DNA of 64,000 nt from Octopus bimaculoides (lineage: Eukaryota): the NCBI RefSeq assembly GCF_001194135.2, contig NC_068993.1, positions 55,887,855-55,951,854 of the forward strand, written 5' to 3'. How positions within the stretch are numbered: position 1 is the first letter of the stretch; every line of letters begins with the position of its first letter. Shown in pieces: positions 1-13,700 of this stretch. The notes under the pieces are model-generated. The model was not told the origin of the DNA, did no database searches, and saw only the letters and a list, made by a program, of their open reading frames with translations. A program made the translations under genes and the position numbers.

Positions 1-440
1 AAGAATCCTTCTCTATTGATTTACTTCGAACTGACATTCTCATGTCAGGGCTCCCCTCTAGCAAAAGGATGAGAAGGGATTAATGCAAATGGAAATTTTT
101 GACAAAAGAAAAAAAACAAAAAAAAAAACATGTATCTAGGGGAGGTTTGGTTACAACTTGCTATTCAAGATGTTTTGCTGTATAATCTATTAGATTTATA
201 TCTTCCACCTTCTGACCCTTCAGACCTCTCCTGCTTCTAAATGTTGTTCTTGCAACAGTCTGTCCAGCTTTGATTTTCTTATTTAATCTTTCACCCTTTG
301 ATCTTTGCAACAGTTGTCATGGTGATCTAGTCTGATTCTCATCTGTTTTACTGTTTCCTTGAGTGCATCCCTCCCCCCTCTCTCTCTTTAGTGTTGATAC
401 TGACCACCAGTCAGCTAAAACTGCCCTGTGTGTACCTCTT

Positions 441-524
441 TAGTCTTGAAACTGTCCACACGTGTACTCCTAGTCTTGAAACTGTTCACACGTGTACCCT
501 AGTCTTGAAACTGTCCACATGTAC
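441..524. repeat. 29-30-bp tandem repeat x3
   Basis: tagtcttgaaactgt(c/t)cacacgtgtac units; two contain CACGTG. Confidence 0.85.
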
Positions 525-3500
525 TTTTAAACTCAGCACCTCTGCCAGAGGGGGGGGGGGGGAAATAAAAACAACTTTTCAAATATCTGCTATGACCCCT
601 CCCCCCAAACTTTTAAGAATCAGATTGTGTTCTTCAGTTATTACTTGAAAAACATTCTGTCAATTATTGTCTGTAACCCCACCTCCTCTAATTCCTTTCG
701 GTAAAGCATAAGCACTTGAACTTCCATATTTCTCTTATAAATAAGTTTGGCTTCAATGGCATCTATGGTTGTTCTATTCTTGTTACATTTGATAAATATA
801 ATGCAACTCTTAAAAAAAAACATTTTATTCAGAAGAAAAGATTATTCCATCCCCTGTCACAGACTCTAGAAGAATCAACCGAATGTTGTGTCATTATTCT
901 AAGTCACACAGGATCAAATCATGTCCATAATTTTAAATATATCCTCAAAATTTATTGAACAAACTATTACATTAAAAACAAAGGCAAACTTTTAAATATA
1001 GATGTTTTAGTACCAAATATAATTTAGTTGTATAATGTCTTCTACTTGTATTTCCTGGAGTAGAAACATACAACTAATAAGCCTTGTCTTTTTTCTGAAA
1101 AATCGTAGCTTAGATGTTTCAGGTTATTTTGGTTAATTATGTTAGAGACAGGCTTGTGAAGAGCTCTCTACTTTTCATTTTCTGTTTCACTTCATTTGAC
1201 GTTAATAATACCTGTAAGAAAAGCATGAATCTCACACAATATCATTTGTCGTGTTGAAAGATAAGAATTTATCTTGGCAATCTATAATTATGGAAATGCG
1301 TGAGAGAGAGAACTATTACTGTTTCTCTCCTTAACAAATACTCACATTATTATACTTGAAAGATGGTAATCTATAATGAAATATAGATCCTGTAATTCTA
1401 CATACAATCTTCTGTAACCCTCCACACCCATTACACTGGACGGATCCAAAGAAATATATATATATATATAAAACCTACTTCATTACAATAAATATCAATT
1501 TTAGATTTAAAAAAAAAATTGTTTTTTTTTTTTAAAAACATTTCTTTGAAAAGAGAAACCCCTTGAACCTAGGAGTCACTGTGAATGATACGTTTCATAG
1601 TTGGGTTGAATTACAACAGCCCTATCATTGTAAAAAGTATTAAAATCTTAACCCAAGATAAAAGACGTAACACAACAAGACGAAATAATAAGAGACACAA
1701 ATGGTGGCTTACATAGTTTAATGTCACAATAGCATAGTGATCAGTTTGTATGCCTCAATCTTCCACCACATGACACCTTAAACAGAGCACAATAAGAGCC
1801 TGTCTTCAGCAGAATTTCACACATCCATTCTTCATGCATCCTAATGTGTAAAAATAGAACTTTAAAGTCTTTTTTTTTCTGTTTTTGAATTCCTGAAAAT
1901 GATTTTTATAATAAATTTTGGGGTTGGCTAATGTAGCCTTACTGAAATAGGGCCAGGCTTTGGGGGGGGGAAAAGGCCAGGCTTCTGATTATATCTGTGA
2001 AATTCTGCAAACAAACATGAATACAATGATAAATTTTGCAGATGACAAATATCACAGCTTAAAATTTGGATAAAAATATAACATTGGCAATTTTACCAAA
2101 AATTCATAAATGTAAGCAATCTGTTTCCGAATTTATATTAAACCAAGGTCTTTGCCTGTACTATTTTTCTCTAGAGGAGCGGTATTAATGGTAATTAGGG
2201 TGACAATTAAAACCAAAGGAATGTTTGACTTAATAGAAATAATGACTGTGCTAAAGAATTTATCAAAGGCATTATAGAATAGAGAGAGAGACATTGGCTA
2301 CCGAACTCTGGTCAGTATGAAAATATAATGTAATCATACAAGAACAGTAACCCTATTTAATTAAAGATGACATGTAGAACTGATAAATGTACAGAGAAAA
2401 CCAAAGTAGAAGGAACACTGAAGCAAAGACCTTGGTTGTGTATTTAAACATTGTAGACCATCTTTGGGCAGTTCGAGATGTATTATGTAACACATTCACT
2501 TCCACTGATGAGACTTGTTTAAAATTAAATAGTCTGACCAATTCTTAATGAAACTTTCAATCCTCAGAGAGACTAATAGATATAATGGTAAATAGAAGCA
2601 AAAACTTAAATAATGCAGACAAGTCTATGGAAGTTGATAGATTCTCTATAAATTAATTTTGTCTGAAATGTCCCTCAGAGAAAGTAGTCAAAGAAATCTG
2701 TGGACATCTTACATCAATTACCAACCAAAAATGGTCTTGAGACTTCAAAAAGAGTCAAGTGTTCACAAATTAGTGCTAAATACTGCACTGACAAGCAGTT
2801 TTAATCTTCCCAAATGTTGAATAATTTCTCCACAGGAGAATGAAGTTGCTACAGATATTTGTCATCGACCTGCTGAGATAAAATTATATATACAATACAT
2901 ATGGCCAAAGTCACAGTTAGAATGGAGGGGGGAATTATTGATGTATATATTGTTTTAAAATATTAGTGCAAAGTATGAAGATTTCACCCCTTCATGAAGC
3001 TTAGTGAGCAGCAAAAGTTTTCGTACTATGTACAGTCAGTAATGTAGTGCCATTGGATGTGTGTTACAAATATTCTGAAGTTGACATTACATGTAAAAAC
3101 TATCAACAGCATTTTTATTGCTGCTGTGAATTTACAATTGTTTGACCTTAACTTACAAATAGTGTTGTCTACAAGAGAGTAAAGAGGAAATTTCAGTAGC
3201 TAGACACAACTCCAGGAAGCTAGGTCACTTCAAAGTTCTGTTCAGTTTATCTAAGTGTCAGCAGAAATGACAAATCTGTTTTAGGTCGACAGAGGTGGCA
3301 ACTGCTTTAATTGAACAGATACACCAATCACACACAGAAATTACAATGACTTGGCCATAGTTATATTATAAAGCATAGTTTGAAAAATACAAGCTAAATA
3401 TTTAAGGGGTTTTTTTGGTTTATTTAATCTAAGTTGGTGGGAGAGGGGACTAAAATAATAGGAATCAAATAAAAAAGCCTCAAATTTCAGTTGTTTTTAG

Positions 3501-4154
3501 CAAAAGTTGAGTAACAGAGACAAGGTGGAAACAAGTTTAGAGTTGACCAGAATTGTTTAATAAAAATTAGTATTTGGGTGAGAACGAGATTTTCAATGAA
3601 ATATTCCTTCTTGAAGCACACTAAACCTTCACATTGGAAAAGTTCAATAAGTGGCTGAATAGTTTTAGTTTAAATAATTATTACTGATGATGAACATTGC
3701 AATTATGTAGTTTCTATATTAAATAGAATACTAGCTGTAATCAGGGATGTAGTCTAGCATGAAATCTAACAAAAAACAACCTGGAGGCAGAACTAATAAA
3801 ATTAAACTACCAACTATTTTTTTAAAACTGGTTTTATGAGGATCATAGATGGTCTAGAGCCGAATGGAGTGTGTGTGTGATATGCAGACACCCTCCACCC
3901 AACAAAATATGCAGCTGGTTGGTGTGTTAAGATTGGAAAGCAGAAGCCAAAGCATGGTTAAAAATGAAGCAAGAATTTAGAAGCTTTCCGCAAACAATTC
4001 ACAGAACAACATAAAGGAGTTTACAGCAAAATATTTGAGAGTTAAAATGGAAAAAAAACAACAACAAAAAAACAAAACTATTTGTGCATCATCACCATAC
4101 ATCTATTTTTCCATGCTAACATGTGTGTGTGTATATATATATATTATACTCGCA

Positions 4155-5325
4155 CAGAGATGGGTGGAGTAGGTATACTGTTGGCAAACAAATGATTAAA
4201 GCAACTCAGGTAGTCAGAGTATCTGAGAGAATAATGAAGACGGCAATGATAGCCTTTGCGTATACGCTACAAACAGGACTGACATGATCAAAAGAACCCT
4301 CTGTATGATACTGTGTTTGAGACATATTAGGCAATCGAGAGGATCATGGCTGATCTCCTACCAGCCAGGCAAACACACATCCTAACACTGACAAAAAGAA
4401 TCTGGAGAAGCCAAGGGATCTCTCAGTAGGTTCAAAGTAGTACTATATGACATGGAGAAACAGAATCGTAGTAGAGTCCTTCGACATACAAGACAACTTG
4501 ATGCAAGAGCTATAGACCAGATTAGTGAATGTACTAATAATCCAGCCAGACAAGTGAAAGGATGCTACACCGTACAGTAGATAGAGCCATAAATGCTAAG
4601 GGGCCTGGAAAGAATGAAATTGAAGTGTGGGAATGGGGGCAACAGAAGATATACTAAGCAAAGAGAGAAACTGAAAGCAAGAGGTTAGTCAATGTTCTCC
4701 AATGAGAGACTCTGCATTACAGAGCAGCGTGCTGGTGCGATAGAAGACCTTGCTAGTGAGAAGTGCATATGTAATGAAAGTGGCACTCTCACCCTAATTA
4801 ACGAGAAGAAGACCAAGGAACAGAGATGCTACTATAAGATCCGGTTGAATACTCTAGAAGTATTTGAGAATTCTTGTTACCTATTTGATCAAAGTAGCAG
4901 TGAAGGAGAGATTACTGAAAGCATAGTTATGGGAATGATTAGAAAAAAATACAAGAAACTGTTACCTCAATTGGCTACAAAGAGATTGCTGTTGCCAGCA
5001 GATTGTATAATACAATGCTGCATGTAGAGAAACATGCAGAGAGGATGTACAAAGGCTGGAAAGAAATGAAGCAAGTATGCTCTAAACGATATTTAATGCT
5101 AGTGTGTATGAATGAGGGAAAATGGTATACACAGAACCAGATGTAGGGTACAAGAAATACTGACCTGATATGAACATGTAGTGTATTGGGAGGGAAAACC
5201 TAGGAAGAGATGACAAGTGGTGAGGGTTGATCTCAGAAGGTTAAATTCTAAAAGTGAAGAGACACTGTGCTAGAGAAGAGCTAGCCAACCCAATCAAGCA
5301 TGAGTAATGGCAATGATGATGAGGG
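4155..5325 (+). mobile_element. Degraded, internally deleted RTE-clade LINE
   Basis: Frameshifted endonuclease-like GGVGILLA and AY(T)LQTG segments; 3' G.PRK-like segment followed by ccaaccca..gcatg...(ATG)n tail. Confidence 0.65.
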
Positions 5326-5424
5326 GGGACACATTAAATGTAACACACATGCATGGAACGTGGATGTTAAATGATGATGATAAATAATATACATTAAATA
5401 TAAGTATATATGACACACACACAC

Positions 5425-5458
<34 letters not shown>

Positions 5459-5691
5459 TTATATACTGAAACTGAAACAAGCACATACACGTAGAAATAT
5501 AGCGTGACACATAAGTTAGTTGCTGGGCAATAAAGACTGAAGAGGCAGCCAGTAATAATAAGCACAAAGAAAAGTGTAGGTACAAATGACAAAAGAGAAT
5601 TGAAGCAGCAGCAGAGAGGAGAGGGATGAGGAGGAAGGAAGGAAGGAAGCAGGGATAAATAAGTTGAAATATTGACAAATGATAAGGGGGG

Positions 5692-6087
5692 NNNNNNNNN
5701 NNNNNNNNNNNNNNNNNNNNNNNNNNNNNNNNNNNNNNNNNNNNNNNNNNNNNNNNNNNNNNNNNNNNNNNNNNNNNNNNNNNNNNNNNNNNNNNNNNNN
5801 NNNNNNNNNNNNNNNNNNNNNNNNNNNNNNNNNNNNNNNNNNNNNNNNNNNNNNNNNNNNNNNNNNNNNNNNNNNNNNNNNNNNNNNNNNNNNNNNNNNN
5901 NNNNNNNNNNNNNNNNNNNNNNNNNNNNNNNNNNNNNNNNNNNNNNNNNNNNNNNNNNNNNNNNNNNNNNNNNNNNNNNNNNNNNNNNNNNNNNNNNNNN
6001 NNNNNNNNNNNNNNNNNNNNNNNNNNNNNNNNNNNNNNNNNNNNNNNNNNNNNNNNNNNNNNNNNNNNNNNNNNNNNNNNNNNNNNN
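5692..6087. other. Assembly gap (others at 39035-39107, 41774-42450, 47526-47830, 57270-57369)
   Basis: Runs of N, mostly flanked by microsatellites or G/C homopolymers; this one lies in the NUP153 3'UTR region. Confidence 0.99.
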
Positions 6088-6288
6088 TACAGGAAGTTAC
6101 AGAAAGAATAAAAATTACAAGAGGGAGATTTAGAGGGAGGGGGGTATCACCTGATAATTTAATTGTTTTGTCTAAAAGATTTTTAACTGCTGTGTGGCCC
6201 AGCTGGAGTAGGAGAGGTGCCACCAGACTTTTCAATGTTCTATCGGAATGTTCCCTCATCACAGCAGCAGCAGCAGCTGTTGTTGTTG

Positions 6289-6364
6289 TTACACCTTCCT
6301 GGTTCTTCTGATGGCTTTCTTCACAACACGGCCACTCTGGGGTTGAGAGCTGTCACTGTTGCCA
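6289..6364 (-). CDS. NUP153: NUP153 last coding exon (SGNSDSSQPQSGRVVKKAIRRTRKV*)
   Basis: Basic tail similar to vertebrate RKIKTAVRRRK; TAA at 6289-6291. Confidence 0.93.
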
Positions 6365-9300
6365 CTGAAACAACAAAGTAAATCAGAATTATGTAACTTC
6401 AGAGTGAGGAGGAGGAGGAAGAGTAGAAGAGAAAGCAAAGTAAATGAAGATAAAAAAAAAAAAAACTTACCTGAATGTGAAATTTCCAGAAGTAAAATTG
6501 AAATTTGGGGTTGAATTGAACTGGAACCCTGGTGATGTTCCAGTACCCAGAGGACCAGGATTTGTGTTTGTAGAAGGGGTCTGACCAAACTGGAACAAAT
6601 TACTATTCACAGCAGTAGTAGCAGCAGTAGTAGTATTGTCACTTGACTGATTGAAAAGAGAAAGAAGAATGTCTTGATTACTGTCATGTTGCACAGACAA
6701 TAACATTATTTAGCCTTGAAAAAACTTTTCCTTTCTATATTAATCAATGTATAACTTTATATACTGGGGCAGTTGTTGCTATTTCCAAAAGTATGCTTCA
6801 TTGATATGGTCAAAAGACCGAAACATGTTCAGAGTTGTCTCCCGTACTTGCCAGGAAAATAAACATATTGGTTTACAGCTTTTTCTTCATGTCTATGAAT
6901 TAAATAGGTTTACACTAATTAACTTGTCTAATAACAATTATAAAACAAAATTACATTAGCATACAACCATGTCTACACACACACAATATGTATATATAAA
7001 AGAACTTTCAATATTATTCAGATGCAATCTGCAAATCATAAAAATGATCCTTTTGCTCCAGTCAATCCCGACTGTGGACCACAAGGGGATATACTGTTGC
7101 TGTTGTGTTGCCTAGGATTCGTTATTTTGTCACATACTTGGCTATCTCAGTTACCATATCTATAATCCATTTTCTACTAGAACTCCACTTACTCTAGAGT
7201 TGTTGCTGACCAACTTCCCACTTGAACACAGTAAACAGCTATTTGGTTTCCCTCTAGAATATCTACAATCTCTTCAGATCTATTTTCCCTAGTTTACATA
7301 CATGATTCAGAGGCAACTGGATGACAGTGAGCTAACTCAAACACAGTCGTTTACTAAGTGGCAAGAACATAACTTCAGCAAACCCTTGCTAAAAAACATT
7401 CTTAAGGTGGTGACAAGATTACAAGTAGAATATCTTTCATTAAATTTCCCAGTAACAATTCTACCTCTCAATGGCTAAACTTCAGTGATCCAATCACTTC
7501 AGTTGTTAGTTGGTCAAGCTAGTTGTCTCCCAGTTACATTTGCATCATGCAAATACACTTGCCAGCTATTTGCAATGTAACATTCTACAAAGGTAAAAAG
7601 TCAGGGAGTTGATGGATTACTGATAAGGAAACCAGCCATACAAACAAACAAACAAATGAAAGTTGATCATGCACTTACCTGCTTTCCAGTAAACTGAAAC
7701 ACACCACCAGTATTCGGGAAGCTAAATGGTTCAGAGCTACGGTTGGAGGTAAAATTAGCTGAAAATAACAAAGCTAGAATTAGCATCTCAGGTTGGAGTA
7801 GAGACATAACAGAGGCAGTAATTGGTCAGCAGTATTATCATTGTGTTGTAAAACCATATAACTGAACTGATAACGAATGAACAATAAACACCACTGGAGC
7901 ATGGAACTTTTTAAAGGAAATGTTTTTCTGCAGGAATTCCTTAAAAAAAAAAAAACTGGTGTGGTGCTGGTGATATTGTCAAAGCACTCACTTGTGTCAC
8001 TCAAAATCCATCTTCCATGCTGGCCTGGGTTGGACAGTGTGAAGGAGATGACTTGTCAAGCCCAGTGAAATTGTGGTTGTGGTTGATAGCAAGGTCATGT
8101 AAAAAGCATCCATTACACTCTCGGAGTGGTTGGCATTAGGAAGGGCATCCAGCCAAAGAAACCATGCCAAATTGGATGAGATACTAGTGCAACTCTCCAG
8201 CTTACGAGTTCCCATACCAGCATGCGAAGCAGATGCTGAATAATGATAATTAAACTGAGACAATGCAGAGTACTTACTTGTTGCAGGTGTGGTAGTAGCT
8301 GCATTAAAAGGCTTGCTGTTAAACAATGGTGGTGTTGGGTTGGCTGGTCTAAATTGAAATGTAGGTGCAGAGGCACCGAAAGTAGCAGGAGAACTGGCTG
8401 CAGAGGCCGGACTGCCAAACACAAAAGCTGGGGTTGACTGAGTAGTAGTGGTAACAGTAGGGGCTGAGGCAGTTGTCTGAACCAAGGGAAAATTAAAGCC
8501 AGGAGAAGTAAATGTTGAAGGAGCAGTTGTACTGCTACTACCACTGTTAGCACCACTACCACTACTACTATTGCTACTTATTACACCAAACGCTGGTAAT
8601 GAATTCCCAAATTGAAACTGCTGGTTGTTTGAAACTGTGCTGCTGTTGGTAGTGGTGGCAGAGAAAGGATTCTTATTAGCAGAGTCTGGAAATAGAAGAT
8701 AAAACAGTAATGCAATAAACGAAAGACAAAACCAGTTTCCATCACAGGTTAAACCAGATAACAATACTGTACTCAAGAGAAGAAACAATTGGTTTTTTTT
8801 TTTCTTCAAGAAATAAAATTTCATATTGATTTTGTTTTCCAATCTATTCTAATGTCCATTAAATGAAGTCCTCACATCTACTGGCAAAGATTCAAGATTA
8901 ATGTTATTTGCAAATGTATACAGTTATCTCATTAAAACTGATCAGTTAGTGAGCTCAATAATTGACTTATGTTGGAACCACTGAAAACTTAACACAGTCT
9001 GTTGAGGAGAGTCAATATTTCTATGTGTAGAGAGCCACAAGTAGGCAAGAATGGACCGTTGACAGCTAAGTGCTTTGGCTATTGATACACTACCACTGAC
9101 TGGTATGGGCTATCCAATGAACATTTGTATCAATTCTGTCCACTCAATTTCACTTACAAAGTTCAAGACATGATAGAAGATACTTGCCCAAGGTATAGTA
9201 CAATGTGATAACAAAGTGAACTTGACCACATGACAATGTTTGTTGATCTTCCCACTGATAACCTGGTACCTTAATGATTCAAAGATGACAGTGACTTTTT

Positions 9301-10698
9301 CTTAGTCAATAACTTCCAAGAATTATTAAAACATGTCTATGTTGGACTGAAGCAGAGAGCAACTTGCCCAGATGTTGGGGTCAGCACAGAAACCTAGAAT
9401 CCAAATCAGCCAAAAGCACTTCCACAACCCTGGGAACCTGCATAAACAGCAGCATTATTTATATTCAGTTGTTAGAACAGGTCGGATGTTCATTTGGAAC
9501 AACAATAACATATTCTTGAGTGCGAGTCTGCAGCAGAAGCAAGGCCATAATATCATATCTGTGATGGGGTTATGATTGAAATAGTAAAGATAAGATTAAT
9601 GACCAGTTTTCAATGAAACAAGCACTTACCAGAAAAAGATGTAAATCCTCCAGAGAAAATAGCATTAGGTTGAGCTGCAGCACTAAAGTTGAAGTCAGCA
9701 GCAGGTGTTGCGTTGCCAGAAGCAGAGGTCACTGAACGTTTAGCGCCACTTGGTCCATCTGTTCAATGAAGACATTCAAGTTTTGCTTAGTACAGAAATA
9801 GGGAGAAGCAGACTTATGATACGGTGGGATACAGTTTAGGCATCACAGAGAAATGACCAGCACAGTAATAAAGCCAATGGCATGGCTATTGATATCTACA
9901 AACAGTATATAAAGATGAGAATGTGTGTTTGTCTGTCTGTGTGAATCCCTAAATCTCGAGAACTACATAACCAATTTCATTCAAATTTTACACATGCCTT
10001 ACTTTGGGTCCATGTACTGTCATGGGCCCCCAAAATTTTCAACTTCTTGCCTAATGTGAGCTCAGAGAAATCTCTTATCTCTTCCGCTATTTCAGTATTA
10101 CGTGTCAAAAGTAAAACAATAACATCTCTATTGTAACGTCAGACACTTTGGTACAATAATGCGAATCTGAAGCTTTTCAAAGAGGATATGAGAGGTAGGT
10201 TCATAGTCTCTTGTGTTAGAGACTATGGTGAGCAGTACCTTAGTAGAGAGAAAGAGTCACTAACACGTGCGATTATTATGTTAGTCAATCATAAAGCCAA
10301 GCCCACAGCTTCCACAACTTCTATAATATAGTTATAACACAACATACTACTGTAATATGCAGCTATAATATAACACAATTTACTTCATAAACATAAAACT
10401 ATATTACATGATAAACTCCTGTAACATAGTAAGAGAGAAACTGAGATATACAGCGAAAGTCTGTAGAGAATTATAAATGAATTACAAAATCTAACCTGCT
10501 TCATCATCACGTTCTCGCTTCAAAGGTGAAGTTAGACTAAAAGATGATTTAGGTCCCCCAGTAGAGGGAGCATTGGTATTTTTGCTACTGTCACTACCAA
10601 ATATAAAGGTACTGGCAACTGAAAATAAAACAGAGATTGAGATTTATCAGTTCAATTCCTGAAAGAGACAGACAAATATTACAAAATCAATTTCAGGG

Positions 10699-10730
<32 letters not shown>

Positions 10731-13700
10731 TTTAAATCCAAGAGGACCGAAGTTCTAGGGGAGAGGTTAAGTTGATTACATCTACTCCAGCACTCAATTT
10801 ATTGGGTCCGAAAGGATGAAAGACAAAGTTGACCTCAGCGGAATTTGAACTCAGAACATGAAGACGGACAAAATGCGAAGCATTTTACCCGGATGGCTAA
10901 TGATTGCGCCAGCTCACTGCCTTAATAATAATAATAATAAAAAAATTGTGAAGGTTTAACATACCATTCTTAGTGCTGTCAGAACTCCCTGCAGTCCCAA
11001 AAATAGGTGTTGCTGATTTCTCTGTGCTGACTGAAAATGTCGGTAGAGCGGCTGATGAAGTGGTTTTTGTATCAGGAGCAGGAATCTTGAAACCAGCAGC
11101 AACAGGCTTATCTGTCCCCGTAAAACAAAACCCTGATGATGATGATGGTGATGATGAAACTGCTGTAGCAAAAGTAGAAGTAGGAGCTGTAATAGGTAGT
11201 GCTGCACTTGCAGTTGTGCAATTCAGTGAAGAACTGTTGCCACTGTTTGAAGTAGAGGGATCAGCTAAAGAAGTCAAAGGTGCCGTTGTTTCCTTCATGC
11301 TAAATGGAAAGCCATCAGATTTAGGTTGTGAAAAGACAAAACTAGCAGGCTTTGGCTGGTCATCACTTTTCTCTTTTTTATCATCACTATTACCAAATTT
11401 AAAGTCACTGCCAGGTTTATTTCCAGGTACTGGTGATACAAAACCAAATTTAAAACCTGACGAGTTTCCAACCCCAGATTCACTTTTAGTTGAATCTTCC
11501 TGTGAAGATGGTACTCCAAATTTAAACCCATTGCTTGGAGCACTTGACACGTTGGGATCTAATTTAAAACTTGAAGAAATTGGTGCAGTTTCAGAACCAA
11601 ATTTGAAGCCTGTAGAAATTGGTGCTGCATCAGACGTGGAACTTGTACCAAATTTGAAAGCAGAAGAAATTGGTGCAGAATCAGATGAAGAACTTGCAGC
11701 ACTGAATTTGAAACCTGTTGAGGTTATGACACCAAATTTTGGTAGAACATCAACTGAACCTGAAATAAGGAAAAAAGTTGGACTGATTATTTGAGAAACG
11801 TTTAAAATTTCTTTAAGGTCTAAATAAAAAAAAGGATATTCTCATGAATAATGATGAACAAATGGATATATCTAGTAAAACAGTAGAATCTGAGAAGCCT
11901 AAATGGTGGAATATATATTATATGATGAGGAAGAAGAGAAATGCAATGTTTTGGGGCAAAACCTTTATCAAGAGTTATCTCTCTGACAAAGGTTTTTGCC
12001 TGAAGCAAACTTTTATTCCTAAAACAGCCTAAAGCTTATTCTACTGTTTCACCCTATTTGTAATTGATATATCTACATTGTTACATCATTCAGTAATGCT
12101 GGTAGAGAACCATACTCACACCGATGCTCACTTCTGCTAGACGGTTTGGTAATGTTGAACTAATTAGAACTTATTTACATTCGACGGATATTTGTCCTCA
12201 TCTTGTTTGTATCGGCCTATATACCCTCCAGCCTTCTGGATCTGAGGAGTACCAAAGAATTGAATTCTTCATGACGACAATGCATCCTATCGCCAAGTTC
12301 TCCTCACCTGTGACTTATTCACCATAAACAACATGGTATCACTTCCACACCTGTCCCATTCACCAGATTTAGCACCTGCAGACTTTCATCTCTTCCCCAA
12401 GATGAAAATACAGCTCAAAATCCACCGTTTTAACACAGAGCAAACTGCAGAAGGTGCTTAACACACTCATGGAAAACAACTTCAAGACCGGATTCCAAAA
12501 GTGGCAGGAATGCTTGGATCGGTGTATTGCTGTGCAAGTTGACTATTTCAAAGGAGATGTTAAAACGTAGGTAAATAAGTTACTTTTTATTAAACATAAT
12601 TATTCCGGTAACCTTTCGATACCACCTCATAATACATGTGTTTATCTGTGGATATCACTTCTGTTTCCATTGTGGCCGATGACAGTACCGTCTGATTGGC
12701 ACCCATGCCAGTGGAACGTTAAAAGCACTATTTAAGCATGATCGTTGCCAGTGCCGCTGGACTGGCCCCTGTGCCAGTGGCATGTAAAAAAGCACCATTT
12801 TGAGCATGACCGATGCCAGTACCGCCTGGCTGGTCCTCGTGCCGGTGGCACATAAAAGCACCCACTACCCTCTCGCAGTGGTTGGCGTTAGGAAGGGCAT
12901 CCAGCTGTAGAAACTTTGCTAGATCAGATTGGAGACTGGTGCAGCCTTCTGGCTTGCCAGCCCTCAGTCAAACCGTCCAACCCATGCCAGCATGGAAAGC
13001 AAATGTTAAACTATGATGATGAAAGGATCTAGTTGTTTTGTAAATGAAACAGAACTATGAAAACTCCCAGTCAGTTGAATGAAACAATGAAGTAGGAAAG
13101 AGAATGCCTTGTTTTTTTCCCCATTTTCCCAGTCTGGAGAAAGGGGTAGTGCACAAAATTAGTAAGGACATTATATTAGAGAGCTGATTTCCAGGGAAAG
13201 GATTGGGCATAATTGTCAGTGAGAGGCTGGAGATGGGGTTGGGTGCGACAATGATGATGAGAAATAAAGAGGCAAGGGGGAGGAGATACAAGACGAGCCA
13301 GTTCTGGGTAACAAAGGTCATTACAGGAGCAATAGAAAAAAATGGAAAGCAGAGACAGCATGACTGGACGAGAGGCAGAGTGTGTCTGATAGGGATTTGA
13401 CGCCAGTCAGTTTAAGTAGTGCTTCTATGGATGTAGTCCTGGATGTCTGTGTGCATAGCAGCAGGACGGTCCCAAATGTTGAGAGGAGAACTCCACTGTA
13501 GGATTCACTTCAGCTTTGTATAATATCGGCGATTGTTGGGAACTGAACTATTTTATGGCCCTGAAGAGAAGAGCTAGTCTTTTGAATGTGGTTCTAGCTG
13601 AATGGCATTCAACTTTTGGGTTTGGTGTGATGGGGTTTTCTTGTTATAAGCAGGACTTGAACTTTTTGCCGATATAAAGGACAAGCTTAACATGGATCCA

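Noticed and set aside
641-823. 60-aa minus ORF (TTIDAIEAKLIYKR...YRKELEEVGLQTIIDR)
   Set aside because: Protein-like and faintly similar to LINE C-termini, but no convincing motif or splice context.
2495-2560. CTGATGAG as a hammerhead ribozyme core
   Set aside because: The putative stem II (gact/agtc) is not followed by GAAA and stems I and III are absent.
5516-6311. Long ORFs spanning N runs (also 41585-42510, 47388-47870, 57060-57486)
   Set aside because: Artefacts of translating assembly gaps as X.
10973-11794. 273-aa plus-strand ORF
   Set aside because: Antisense shadow of NUP153 exon 21; Ser/Thr/Phe-rich codon usage leaves few stops on the opposite strand.
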